Assembly: GCF_018350175.1 (NCBI RefSeq)
Contig: NC_058368.1
Coordinates: 142,292,001-142,356,000 of the forward strand
DNA: 64,000 nucleotides
From: Felis catus
Lineage: Eukaryota
Reading direction: 5' to 3'
The position numbers and the translations under genes were made by a program. The first letter of the stretch is position 1. The number at the start of each line of letters is the position of its first letter. The notes below the pieces were generated by a model. It had not been told where the DNA came from. It did no database searches and saw only the letters and a program-made list of their open reading frames with translations. Below, in pieces: positions 34,502-46,769 of the stretch.

Positions 34502-37500
34502 TTATCTTCTTCTTTATCCATTCATCTTTCAGCAGACACTCAAATTTCTCCTTTATGTTGCCTAACATAAATAATGCTGCAAGAAACATAAGCGTGTGTA
34601 TTTCTTTTCAAATTAGTGTTTTTGTTTTCCTTGGAAAAACCCAGAAATGGAGTGACTATATCATATGGTACTTCTATTTTCACTTTCTTGAGAAACTTCC
34701 ATACTGTTTTCCCATAGTTGCTACACCAATTTACATACACACAAACAGTGCAGGAAGGTTCCCCCTTCCTCACATTTTTGCCAACACTTGTTATTTCTTG
34801 TCTTTTTGATGGTAGCTATTTTGACTAGTTTGAGGTGATACTTCATTGTGGTTTTGATTTCCATTTCCCTGACGATTAGTGATATTGAGAGCATCTTTTC
34901 ACGTGGATATTGGCCATCTTTGTGTTGTCTTTGGGAAAGGGTCTATTTAGGTTCTTCTGCCCATTTTTTAATTGGATTGTTTCTTTGGTGTTGAGTTGTA
35001 TTGATTCTTTATGTATTTTGGATCTTAATCCCTTATCATAGATAATTTGCAGATATGTTCTCCCATTCAGTAGGTTTCCTTTTCATTTTACTGGTGGTTT
35101 CCTTCACTGTGTGGAAAAAGCTTTTTTTGGATGTAGTCCTAATTGTTTATTTTTGCTTTTGTTGCACTTGATTAAGGGGACATATTCAAAAAAATATTGC
35201 TAAGGTTAATGTCCAAGAGTTTACTTCCTGTGTTTTCTTTCACAAGTTTATGCCTTCAGGTCTTAGGTTATGTGTTTAATCCATTTTGGATTTATTTTTG
35301 TATGTGGTGTAAGAAAGTGGTCCACTTTTATTTTTTTTTTTGCATGTAGCTGTTCAGTTTTGCCAACACTATCAAAGAGACTGGTCTTTTCCCCCGTGTA
35401 AATTCTTGCCTCCTTTGTCACAGATTAATTAACCATGTAAACATGGGACTATTTTGGGGCTTTGTGTGGTGTTCCATTATTCGGTGTTTCTTTTTGTGCC
35501 AGTACCATACTGTTTTGATTACTATAGTTTTGTAGTATAGTTTGAAATACGGAATTGTGATGCTTGTGATAGCTTTGTTTTTCTTTTTCAAGATTGCCTT
35601 GGTATTTGGGGTCTTTTGTAGTTCTGTACAGATTTTAGGATTATCTTAATTCTGCAAAAAATACTATTGGTATTGAATCTTTAGATTGCTTTGGATAGGT
35701 TGAACATTTTAACAATATTCTTTGAATCCATGAACATGGTATATCTTTCCATTTGTATCAACTTATTTCATCATTGTCTTAAAGTTTTCACTAGATGGGT
35801 CTTTCACCTCTTTGGTTAAACTTATTTCTAGGTATTTTTTTTTTCTTCTTTGATGTCACTATAAATAAGATTGTATTCTTAATTTCTCTTTCTGCTAGTT
35901 TATTATTAGTGTAGAGAAATACAACACATTTCCATAATTAATTGCAATTCATTTAATCTAACAGTTTTTGGTGGCATCTTTAGGGTTTTCTGTATATATT
36001 ATATTATCTGCAAATAGTGACAGAGTTACTTCCTCCTTAATAATGTGGATACCTTTTATTTCTTTTTCTTGCCTGATTTTTGTGGCTAGGACTTCGAGTA
36101 CTATGTTGAATAAAAAAAGCAAGAGTGGACATCCTTGTCTTGTACCTTAGAGGAAAAGCTTTCAGCTTTTCACCCCTAAGTATGATGTTAGCTGTGTGTT
36201 TGTCATATATGGCCTTTGTTATGTTGAGGTACGTTCCCTCTATATCCTATTTCTTGAGAGTTTTTGTCATGGAAGGATGTTGAATTTTGTAAAGTGGTTT
36301 CTCTGCATCTATTGAGATGATCATGTAATTTTTATCTTCATTTTGCTAATCTGGTATATTATGTTGATTGATTTGCGGTTATTGAACCATCTCTCATCTC
36401 TGGAATAAATTTCACCTGGTCATGGTGAATGATCCTTTAATATATTATTGAATTTGGTTTGCTAAATTTTTTTTTAGGATTTTTGCATCTGTGTTCATTA
36501 GGATTATTGACCTGTAATTTTCTATTTTTGTAGTACCTTTGGTTTTGATATCAGACTAATGCTGGCCTCATAGAATGAATTTGGAAACATTTCTTCAATT
36601 TTTTGGGTTAGTTTGAGAAGAATAGGCATTAGCTCTTCTTTAAATGTTTGGTAGAATTCCCTTGTGAAGCCATCTAGTCCTCAGCTTTTGTTTATTGGTA
36701 GTTTGTTTTTTTTTTTTTAATTACTGATTCAGTTTCATTGCTAGTAATCAGTCTGATGAGATTTTCTATTTCTTCCTGATTTTGTCTTGGATGACTGTAT
36801 GTTTTTAGGAATTTATCCATTTTCATTTAGATAGTCCAATTTGTTGGCATATAATTTTTCATAGTAGTCTCTTGTAATCCTTTGTATTTCTGTGGTTGTA
36901 ATTTGTCCTCTTTTATTTCTGATTTTATTTATTTGAGCCCTCTTTTTTGCTTGATAGGTCTGGTAAAGATTTTATCATTTGTATTTATCTTTGCAAAGAA
37001 CCAGTTCTGAGTTTCCTTAATTTATTTTTGTCTATTTCCAATCTGATCTGTATTATTTCCTTTATTATTTCTACTAACTTTGGGCTTTATTTTTTAGTGC
37101 CTTTAGGTGTAAGATTAGATTGAGACTTTTCTTGTTTCCTTGAGGTGGGCTTTTCTTAGATCTTCTTTTGCTTTGTCTCAAAGATGTTGAACTGTTGGTT
37201 TCCATTTTCATTTGTGTGAATGTATTTTTTTTAATTTTCTCTCATTTCTTTGACCCATTGGTTGGTTGGTAGCATGTTGTTTAGCCTTGATGTATTTGTG
37301 TGGTGGTTTTTTTTCCAGTTTTTTGTTTTGTTTTGTTTTGTTTTTTTGTAATTGATTTACACAGTTTAATACCATTGTGGATCAGAAAAGATACTTGATA
37401 GAATTTCAGTCTTCTTAAATTTATTGAAGCTTGTTTTATGGCCGAATATATGATCTGTCCTGGAGAATATTCTGTGTGTACTCAAAAAGAACGTGTGGTC

Positions 37501-37645
37501 TGCTGTTTTTGGATGCAGTGTTCTGTGTATATATCTGTTAAGTATATCTAGCCTGATGTGTCCTTCAAAGCTACTGCTTCCTTGATTGATTTTCTGCCTG
37601 AGTGATCTATTGATGTAAGTGGTATGTTAAAGTTCCCTAGTATGT
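33915..37645 (-). mobile_element. 5'-truncated L1 (about 3.7 kb; L1MA9/L1_Carn-like) with internal (TG)(TA)(CA) repeat at 34420-34500
   Basis: T-rich tail, 3' UTR and continuous degenerate ORF2 (ORF 34296-34589: DILPFAITWTDLGGIMLSEISQ). Confidence 0.9.
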
Positions 37646-37854
37646 TCACTTGTAAACTGGCCTGTGAAGATAATTGCAAACTAAGCAATTTTCTTTGTAA
37701 CATAGGTACAGTGTGTTAGATTAGTAGTGTACCTCTTTGGTAACTTTTTTTTTTTTAATAGGATAATTGTGAGCCATTTGTTTAAATGGCTAAAAAATAA
37801 AAGAAAAAATAAACAAGTAATTATTCAGTGGCTTTTACTGCAAGTTATTATGTC

Positions 37855-37955
37855 TTTTTTTTTTTAAGTAAGCTTTACACCCACTATGTCACTTGAACTC
37901 ATGACCCCAAGGTCAAAAGTTGCATGCTGTACTGACTAAGCCAGCCACGTACCCC
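37855..37955 (-). mobile_element. Short CanSINE
   Basis: T tail, ttgaactcatgacccc...ccagccacgtacccc; TSD-like gcaagt(t/c)a(t/c)tat. Confidence 0.8.
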
Positions 37956-40900
37956 AGCAAGTCACTATATCTTATAGGTGATATAATAATGAGTAGAAAT
38001 TAGCTCTTCCCCTCAAGGAACCAAAAGCACATGGGGTATAAGACATGTAGATAACTCCTACAGAAGAAAAGGCACACTAGACATCCCTAAAAGATGTACT
38101 GGAGGTGCTCACAACAGGGAGAGTCACAGTTAGATCAAGCAGAAAGAGGACAGTGGTATTTGAGATAGGCTGCAGAGGATGAACAGGATTTCAATAGTGT
38201 AAAAAGAGAGTATTAATTCAAGAGGTGACAGAAGGGATTTCTGACCCAGATCTATGGGCAGTTCACAGATGGTTTATAGGAAATGTTTAATTGAAAACAT
38301 TAGGCTAAGAGATCCCTAAGTTTTTAAAAAAAACTTACAACAAGAATAAAAATTTCAAAAATTTGTTTTTTCCCAGGTTTTAAAAAAAGTTAAAGTGATT
38401 TTTATGTAACAGGCAACTTATATTAATAAAAACATTTCTTGAAATCATATTCTCTAAGCTTTAATGGAAATATATGTTTGGATTATTTTGTTTAAAGTAC
38501 CATGAGCCTTTAATTTCCATAGTATACAATTTTTTGTGTCATATACCACCACAGTATACACTAACATATGTTTGAAGATACATTAAGAAAGCAAGATACC
38601 CTTCTGGAGTTGCATCTCGGCTGTGACTCTTCTCCAGATACTTAAAAATTAATTTTAATTTTTACTAGAGTAACACATTTACATAATTCTCATTTTATCC
38701 TTAGGAAAAATGTGAGAGACAGATAGGACAACAAATATTCTTGTTTCATGGGAAGTAAACTTGAGGTTTTGAGTGGTGACCAGCCTGGTAGAAAGCAGTG
38801 GAATCAGTAGATAGCAAATCTACTGTTCTTTCTGTGTTACTCCTAGAACTAAATATTTAGGTTGATGTTCTCATAACTAGAAGAGATAGAAAGTATTTAA
38901 GTTGTTTAGTTTTTTTTAATTGTAATATTTTACCTTAAAGTTGTGTCCCTGATGTCGTAAGGAATGTGAGCTATCAATAGATAACACTATGAAACATAGC
39001 AGGAAATTGATGAGTTTTTTGAGATGGTAATCCTTAGAATTAGCCTGTCATGTTGCTGGAGCACTGGTAAAAAGAATCCCCATTTTCACATGGTTTTATA
39101 ATGGATTTCATACAGTATTTGAGCATTATGCACGGAGTACGCATGTGTAGTCTCTTCCCTCTAGGTGGCTCTCTGAGTCTATATAGATTTGGACTACTGA
39201 GAAGTGTATGTTGTTCGTACCTTTATTTTGCCTTCCTGCTCTGTGGGGCTGTGCGTGACATTTTTAAGTAATTAAATATGAAGTCCATGAACACGTAACA
39301 TCAGGCACTCAATTTAAAACAAATTTGGAAAAGGAAATAACAAAGCAAGTTAGAACAAACATTTGTTGATTATATGCTCATAAACTTGGGGGGAAGGGAG
39401 AAGACACAAGTGAATCTGTAATTATATTGTATGATGACAGAGTCTAGTAAGTAGACAAGGTTTATTAGATTTCTATCATAAACTTCATTTTCTTGGTCCT
39501 AATTATATGTATTCATTGCTTTGAGATAATTTTCTTGAACATAGGAGTAGTAATTTATCTGTATCTTTAATGTTCCATAGAAAAATTGGTTTTAAAAAGG
39601 GAATAAAAATAATTACTTATGATTCTGAAAATTCCCAACATGAAGAAATGGTTTTGAACACGTTGGCCAAAATTACAACAGTAAATGATCATGTAATAGA
39701 ATGACGTTTCACAGACTGTGCGAATGTGAAGATTAATTTTTCAGATCCCTTGATGTTTATAAGTGAGGATCAACAATTTTGTTTGGAACCATTTTTGTGT
39801 GTCATAATAGTAAATTTGAATAATGCATAAAGATTATCCCTTGGAGATAAAGAAATGAATACAAAAGAGGTAAAATACAGTGTTCAGTTAACCAACACAT
39901 GAAAAAGTCATTTTCTCATCATTTTCTCAAAATATTAAAGGAATTAAATTATGATAGTGCTATAGTACGAGAAGAAAACAATTTTAGGGTTTGCCTAAAG
40001 TGTACTTGTCAGCGCTCTCATTTTCTTCCTGACCTTTTACACCTTGTTCCACTGTAATATGACATTTGCTTTCATCACTGTGTCAGAAGAATTCAGGGCT
40101 GCCTGGGTATTTTTATCTCCTACCCGGAGCAGCTCTTCATTCCTTAACATGGCTTTCTTCCCTTGGCATCTGTGAAAAAGTCCCTGGCTTTTCCCATTCC
40201 TCTCTTTAATTGTTCCTTATTGTCGTGGGGACCTCTTAAATATTGGTATCTTAACAGACTTTGATATTTGACTCTTTCCTTTTTTCTCCATGGACCATTT
40301 CATTTGAATGTCAGAGTTGCAGTTACCATTTATGTGCCATTGCTTTTCAAGTCCATGTCCCTAGCCTATTCCTCTTTTGAACTCCAAATCAAATCTTCAC
40401 CTGCCTGCTGCCTGCTGTGCTAGGTATGAATGTTTTGAACTTAGTGTCTCCTTTCCCCTCTAAACCAACCTATCTTACCTCTCCTCTGTCTTCTTGAAAC
40501 AGTTTCCCAGTATCCAAGTTTGACTTGAAAGTCTTTGACTCATTCAAAGAAAGTTCCCTTTCTTTCTCTTCCTCCCTCCCCCCAAGTTTGTTAGACATGT
40601 AATAAATAAATATTCTAATTTGCTTTATTTCCTTCCCCGAATGTATATAAATTGGCTGATGTTATGTATTGTTGCACTTTGTACTTTATGCATCTTGTAA
40701 CATATGCTAATAGAGTGTTTTTGAACCTTGCTCTTGAAAAGAAGTCCCAAAGATTTAAGTGATAAATCAGTATGGGCAGACACTTTCCAGAAGTTTTTCC
40801 TTTCCCAAAATTTCTCAGAAGTAAATCCTTTAGGACTTGACCATACACAAAAAGTAAAATGGTACACAGAGTGAAAGAGGACAGCAAAAGTATCTTTAAG

Positions 40901-41390
40901 GACCTATGTATTCCTTGGTATATTAAATGATGAAATGATAATCATTTGATTATAATAGGGTTAGTGGTGTATATGTAGCCAACATGAAAATTGATAAGGC
41001 ATTACTCTGAATTGTCCAAGGTGGTAAGTTAATGTATTAATGTCTGAATGTCTCTTGTTATGTTTAAACCATTCTCTGTAATATCTTAAAAAGTAGGTAT
41101 AGCAGGAAAAATAGCTTTTTGCATTTGGTTAAGAAGTTTTAAAAATTATTGTTGGTTTGCATAAGCATAACTATCTCTTCTGCATTGGGAGTGAACTGGA
41201 AGACAATGTTAGGAAAATATTTAAATACAGTATTGTATGTCAGTGTGGTGGCTGATATTCTTGACCTTAGGAATCATGGCTAGAATCTAGTCCTTTTATG
41301 TCTGGGTAATGTCAAGATTAATTGAAGAGTTGCTGAAAATGAGTGTGTAGATTACCACTTAACTTGTCCCACTTTTTTGTGCCTCCGTAG

Positions 41391-41555
41391 GTACATGGAC
41401 TATACCGCACAACAGGTGCTAGTTTTGAGAAGGCCCAACAAGAATTTGCAACAGGTGTGATGTCCAACAAAACTGTCCAGACTGCAGCTGCAAATGCAGC
41501 TTCAAGTGCAGCAACTAGTGCGGCTCAGAACGCTTTCAAGGGTAACCAGATGTAG
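41391..41555 (+). CDS. SCAMP1: SCAMP1 terminal coding exon (exon 9), coding part
   Basis: Acceptor cttttttgtgcctccgtag. Translates [54 protein letters not shown], the SCAMP1 C-terminal cytoplasmic tail. TAG at 41553-41555. Confidence 0.97.
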   Translation, partial: VHGLYRTTGASFEKAQQEFATGVMSNKTVQTAAANAASSAATSAAQNAFKGNQM

Positions 41556-44500
41556 AGAACCCTCCAACAGTACACTGGTACCTTCTGACTGTACTTTTTC
41601 TCCAGTTACTGTATTCTATAAATATTTTTATGTTCAAAACACAGTACACACAGCATGTATATTTCCTGTTCACTTGTGCATGGGCTAAAAGCAGAAAAAC
41701 TTCCTTGTCTTATTTGCCTATTAGTTTCTTAATATTTTGGTGCCCCTTGCAGAAAAAAATATCACATGCTAAATAAATATTCTCCATATTTTTTGGGGGA
41801 TGAATGTTCAGCAAATTATTTCAGTGGTGACACACTGAAATTAATATGGTACTTATGATTAAAAATGCGTTTAGTACTAGCTGCAGTCATTCTTTCAAAA
41901 ATCTTAGACTTAAGGATTACATATTGGAACATTAAAGCGATGCTTCATTCCATTTTCCCCATTTATACTGAAAGAAATAGGCCATCAGGGACTTAGGGAT
42001 TTTAAAATTGGCTTGCTTTTTAGCAGTTTTAGTCACCAGTGAAGAGCCTGTGTGCATTTCGTAGTAGATGATGTAAATTTTATCCTTTTCTTTTTGTTTT
42101 ATTTTTATAGAGTAGTTGATATTTTCATACCAATCTCTGATCTTGCATGGGCACCACATTTCTTAAAAGAATTAGTATTTTGGCTTTTGCACTGCTTATG
42201 GTTGTAGGATTGCAGAGTTGCTGGTAGAATCAAAGAAGAGATTTTCTGCAATAGTTTCTGTTAAATAAAAATTTATTGGGATGCAATATGAGAACATAAT
42301 ATGCAGTGCATCATCCAAAAAAGGGTAGATAATCAGTGGAATAGAATGTAGTGATGATAATACTGTTTTTTGTTTTTGTTTTTTAATTTTCAGTATCCGT
42401 ATCATAGTAGAATATTACTGTATGGAAACCTTGGTATATTCTTGTGGTTACTCATTTTAATTGAACTGAGATTGTGTTTGGCAGCTCTTTTTTGGGGAGT
42501 GTGTGTGTATAATTTTTAACAGAGGTATTAAAGTCTAGACTAACTCCTTGTCCAAAAAGAACATACAGTATTTCAGGGATTTTTCTTTTAGCCTCTCATC
42601 TGTAGTGGGATTAAAAAGAAAAAGATGCTGTTGTTTCACATATACTTGAATTCCTAATGCACCTCAGTCTTTGAACTTTTGACACAGACTGAATACATTA
42701 AAATTTTTCAGCAATAGAAAAAAATGAAACATATAACTTGCACCAAGCAAGAAAATACAAATACAGTTAAATGCATTGATTGTGACTATGACCATGTTGA
42801 AATTGTTACTATGCAGCTTAGGAGTTCATTCTTAGAGTATACTTGATTTGAAACTTTGAATCATTTTTAATACTGATTTAATGACTCAAAGACCTTTGAA
42901 AGTCATTATACTGTGTTTTGGAAGTCATTAGCTAATTTAAGATTACAGAATAATCAGTAATGATTTATTCAACTTGATTTTAAGTAAGGATAGTCTATTG
43001 GGTTAAATTATTTGAGACTGCAGTTTTTTTTTTTTAAATAAGAATCAGATGGGTATAAATAGTTAAGTCACTTGCATTCTTTTCCCCAAATCTGGAGGTA
43101 AATGAATTTCATACTGAGGGTGGGATGATGAGTTCTCACTATTTATAAGGGAAGCTTTGCATGATAATAGATAACATGGATCCATCTAGATGGTGTTTAC
43201 ATTTGATTTATTTGGGATTTATTGAAATAACATACTTGGAAGATATTTCTTTTATTATGATTAAAATAGGTTTCAGAAAATGAATTTAAAACTTTTTATG
43301 AATATTTCTGATTAGTAATAATCTCCCTACTTTGTCAAACAAATAAGCCAGTTCAAGTTCTTTAGATTCTATAATCTTACTGAAAATCTATTTTATCACA
43401 GTGTGCTTTACTGAGTGTGTATTTTACAAACATTCAAAACATTAACCACAAAATACAAGAGGAGCTCTTATATTTATCATTAATTTATATCTCAAGTCCA
43501 TTTCTTTTTTTCTTTTAACCACAAATGAATATAGAGACTTGAAAAATACTGACATACTTTCCTTTAAGAATAGGAATTATCTCTATTTTGTAGAAATCCC
43601 CAAAGGTAGCATTGTTAAATAGCAAATAATTAAAACCAACAGTACCTTTTTTGTGTGTGGATGGGGAGAATGTTTTAAGATCCAGTTACTTGGGTTAATA
43701 CAAGCTTATGAGAGAAAATTGTTTTTTAAAAACCTAAATGTGGATTAAAATGATGGCAATACTAACGGTTTGATAAGGTATAGGGATTTTAAATTCTTAG
43801 ATTCTCTATTCTCCTAACAATAGTTGGTAAATGGTCACATTTTCCAGCAAAAGATTGGCATTTGTTAATGTATTATATTTAATACTAATGTGACCCACCC
43901 AGTATCACAGTCATGAAATGGTCTTCATGTTGTAAGCATTCATGTCATTTTTCAGTTTGCAATATTAAGTTGTGGCTGTTTTCCTTCAAACTAAAATTTG
44001 AACACTGGAAAATCCTTGCTCAGTGATTTGTAATTTGGGACTTGGATTATTTATCTAGGGATGTTTGTATATTTTGTCAGTGAGTAATATTGCGCTGCCA
44101 TCATGATGAGTGTCATGGTTCTATATAAATGCCCTCCATCTGTCCCTCTAATGTTGCATGTTTTCAGTGGTTTGGAAGTTTTGTATATTTATTGTATTAA
44201 CACAGAGTGTCATAAAATAAAATGCTGTTTACTGGATGTTAGTTTGTCTAATTTTAAACATTATATTAGCATTTCAGAGGTAGAGATTATGCTGTCAGTT
44301 TAGTGTATATAGATATTTCACATTTGATTTTTAAAGAATCTCTGTAATTCTAACATGTGCTGAAAAAATAAATAACATAAAAGACTTTGTTAAAAACTCT
44401 CAGCAACACAAAATGACCATTTTTCTGTTGCATTAGAACTTTTAGGTGGTGGAACATGAACTTCACTCATATTTTGATCACTCTAAGGTCAAAATACACA

Positions 44501-46670
44501 TACTGTCTAGAAGTTAGTAAGATTCAAAATGGAAACCCTGTTTTGTGGCTCAGGTTTTTCCTTGTAGGTTAAAATGGATGCCTCTGTACTAGTATTGTAT
44601 TGATTAGATTGAACTTGTGTTCTGTTTCCTAACCTAGCTACCTTTGTTTTATGTGCCGATGAAAGTACCTATTTGTGTATTGTTGGATTTTTCACTTGGT
44701 TATCTAAGGAGGATGTAAAAATCTAAAATGTTCATGGTGAATCTTATTCTGAGAAATACATGTTAAAATAGGAACAGCATTTTCAATTTTCTGGGTGTTA
44801 CCTAAAAAGTGAGTTTGGATTTTCATTGGATATACTGTCTTCTATAAATCTTGTTGAGATAATATATAGTTCATGTTTTAGAGGGGATTTATGTTAAATT
44901 GAGTTTATTTTCTGTAATTTATTTGTACTAGCATAATGCTTTCACAGTTACTGCTATATCTTTTTCTGAAAATGCTGACATAATAGCATTTAATTTTATA
45001 TCTTTATTGGTGAAAATCTATGTTTAGACTGTTTATATATAGAGTTTGTTATAGTTTTGCATATATTTTCCCCTGTTAGAATTACCATGGCTGTCAGACA
45101 CCATTGCACACTGTATTTCCTTCCATTTTTCCCGTAAGGAATATGTTTAGAGGGATTTTTTGATTCCATGTAATTAAGACCTTTTCAAGTTAAATAAAAA
45201 TGGTTAATGTAAAAATAATTGATGGTTAAAAATAAAAAATGCCTTACTTTGATAGATTTTCAAGTACCACAGTATAAATTTATGTAGGGTAGAATGTTTT
45301 AAAACACTAGAGTTGTTTTAAATACTTGTTTATTAAACTAAAAATTTATATCTTAGTGTCGAAATATTATGGAAGTGAAGTATTTCCACTAGAACTTGAG
45401 GATACATTTTACCAAACAGCATGCTTTTTGTATTGATGGGTGTTTTAAAACCTCATTAGGGCTTTGTCATAGTATATAGAGAGCTAGAAAGAAATCTATA
45501 GAAATTTGCTAAGCCAGACATTGCCACTAATCTATACAAGGTAGATAGATTTATTCAATTTAAAGTTTCTGGGAAAATGAGGAAAGACTCTTCTCTAGTG
45601 TTCTTACCCTTCCTGAGGTTTCATATTTACAGTTTAACTTTGTGGTTTTGGTAAGAAAAAGCCTTTAACCTATAGAATTTTCACTAGCACTGTTTATGTT
45701 TTCAAATGGCAAGGAGATAGTAGCCACCTGGTAGCAATGTAGTGAGTGTTAAATTTTATGTTGATCTAAATCTTGATTTATTTTTCAGCTTATATCTTTC
45801 TGGGCTTACATGGCTGATGGTGTAGTTAAAACTTTCCTACCACTAAAACCATTTTATCTTTTCTCTAATAGGACAGAAAATAGTTAATCTTCTCCAACCT
45901 AATGATGTTTTGTATACTCAAGACAAAATTACTCTAAATATTTTCTCTACATTTAAACAGTTATACTTTGTAGAATCATAGCATGCAAATTTTATTTTTT
46001 AATTCTTATATGTAATCTTAGAATTCCTTCAACACTCATTTAGTATTTTGTAGGCCGGTGATTCTCAAGATAAATCATAGTTGTGAGTAGTTGTTACTGT
46101 TGGTAGCTTATAATATTCTTCAGCTGTTTCTTCAGCCAAAAATCACTCTTTTATCTGGTCATCACAGTAGTTCCTGTAATATTATAGTCTACACAAAAAC
46201 TCAGTCCACTGGGCACACACATTCCTACTCAAAGTAGTTTTTTCTAGTTTGTTTTTTCTAGTAGTTTGTGCCTCCTACTCAAAGTAGTTTTTTCTACTAG
46301 TTTTTTCTAGTTTGAAAGTCTTATATACCTATTAGAGAACAATTAGAAAACATGGAAAATGATAAATGAGAAAAAAAATCTGTGTTTCTATCATCTAGGA
46401 ATATCACTGCTAATGTTTTATTGTATTTTCCACTTTTTCTATCCATGCGTACATTTATGTAGAATTAAGGGATATAAACAGTGTGGGTTTTTTAATCCTA
46501 TGTTCCCTCTTTTAGCATTATATCATAATGGTCTGATAGTTTAGCTTCTAAAATAAACTTTTTTAATTTATAAAATAAATACACATTTCAGTAGAAATTA
46601 CAGAAAATATTTATAAAGCAAAAGATAAAGTTGCTCATAATTTTATACCAATAAACATTAAAATTTGGTT
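41556..46670 (+). other. SCAMP1: Putative long SCAMP1 3' UTR (distal end uncertain)
   Basis: AT-rich sequence following the stop codon, free of SINE/L1 insertions up to about 46.7 kb. AATAAA at 41772, 42264, 44216, 45193, 45231, 46552, 46574 and 46650, among others. Confidence 0.65.
44216..44221 (+). terminator. SCAMP1: Candidate SCAMP1 polyadenylation signal (AATAAA)
   Basis: AATAAA preceded by several TGTA motifs (44183, 44193) and followed by GT/T-rich sequence (gttagtttgtc). Confidence 0.5.
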
Positions 46671-46769
46671 TATATGTTTCTATTAATTTTTGAGGAAGAT
46701 ACCTTTTATCCTGAAATTAAAAAATAAGTTTTTCTTTCAACCTTCTTGGGTGGTTCAGTTGGTTAATTT

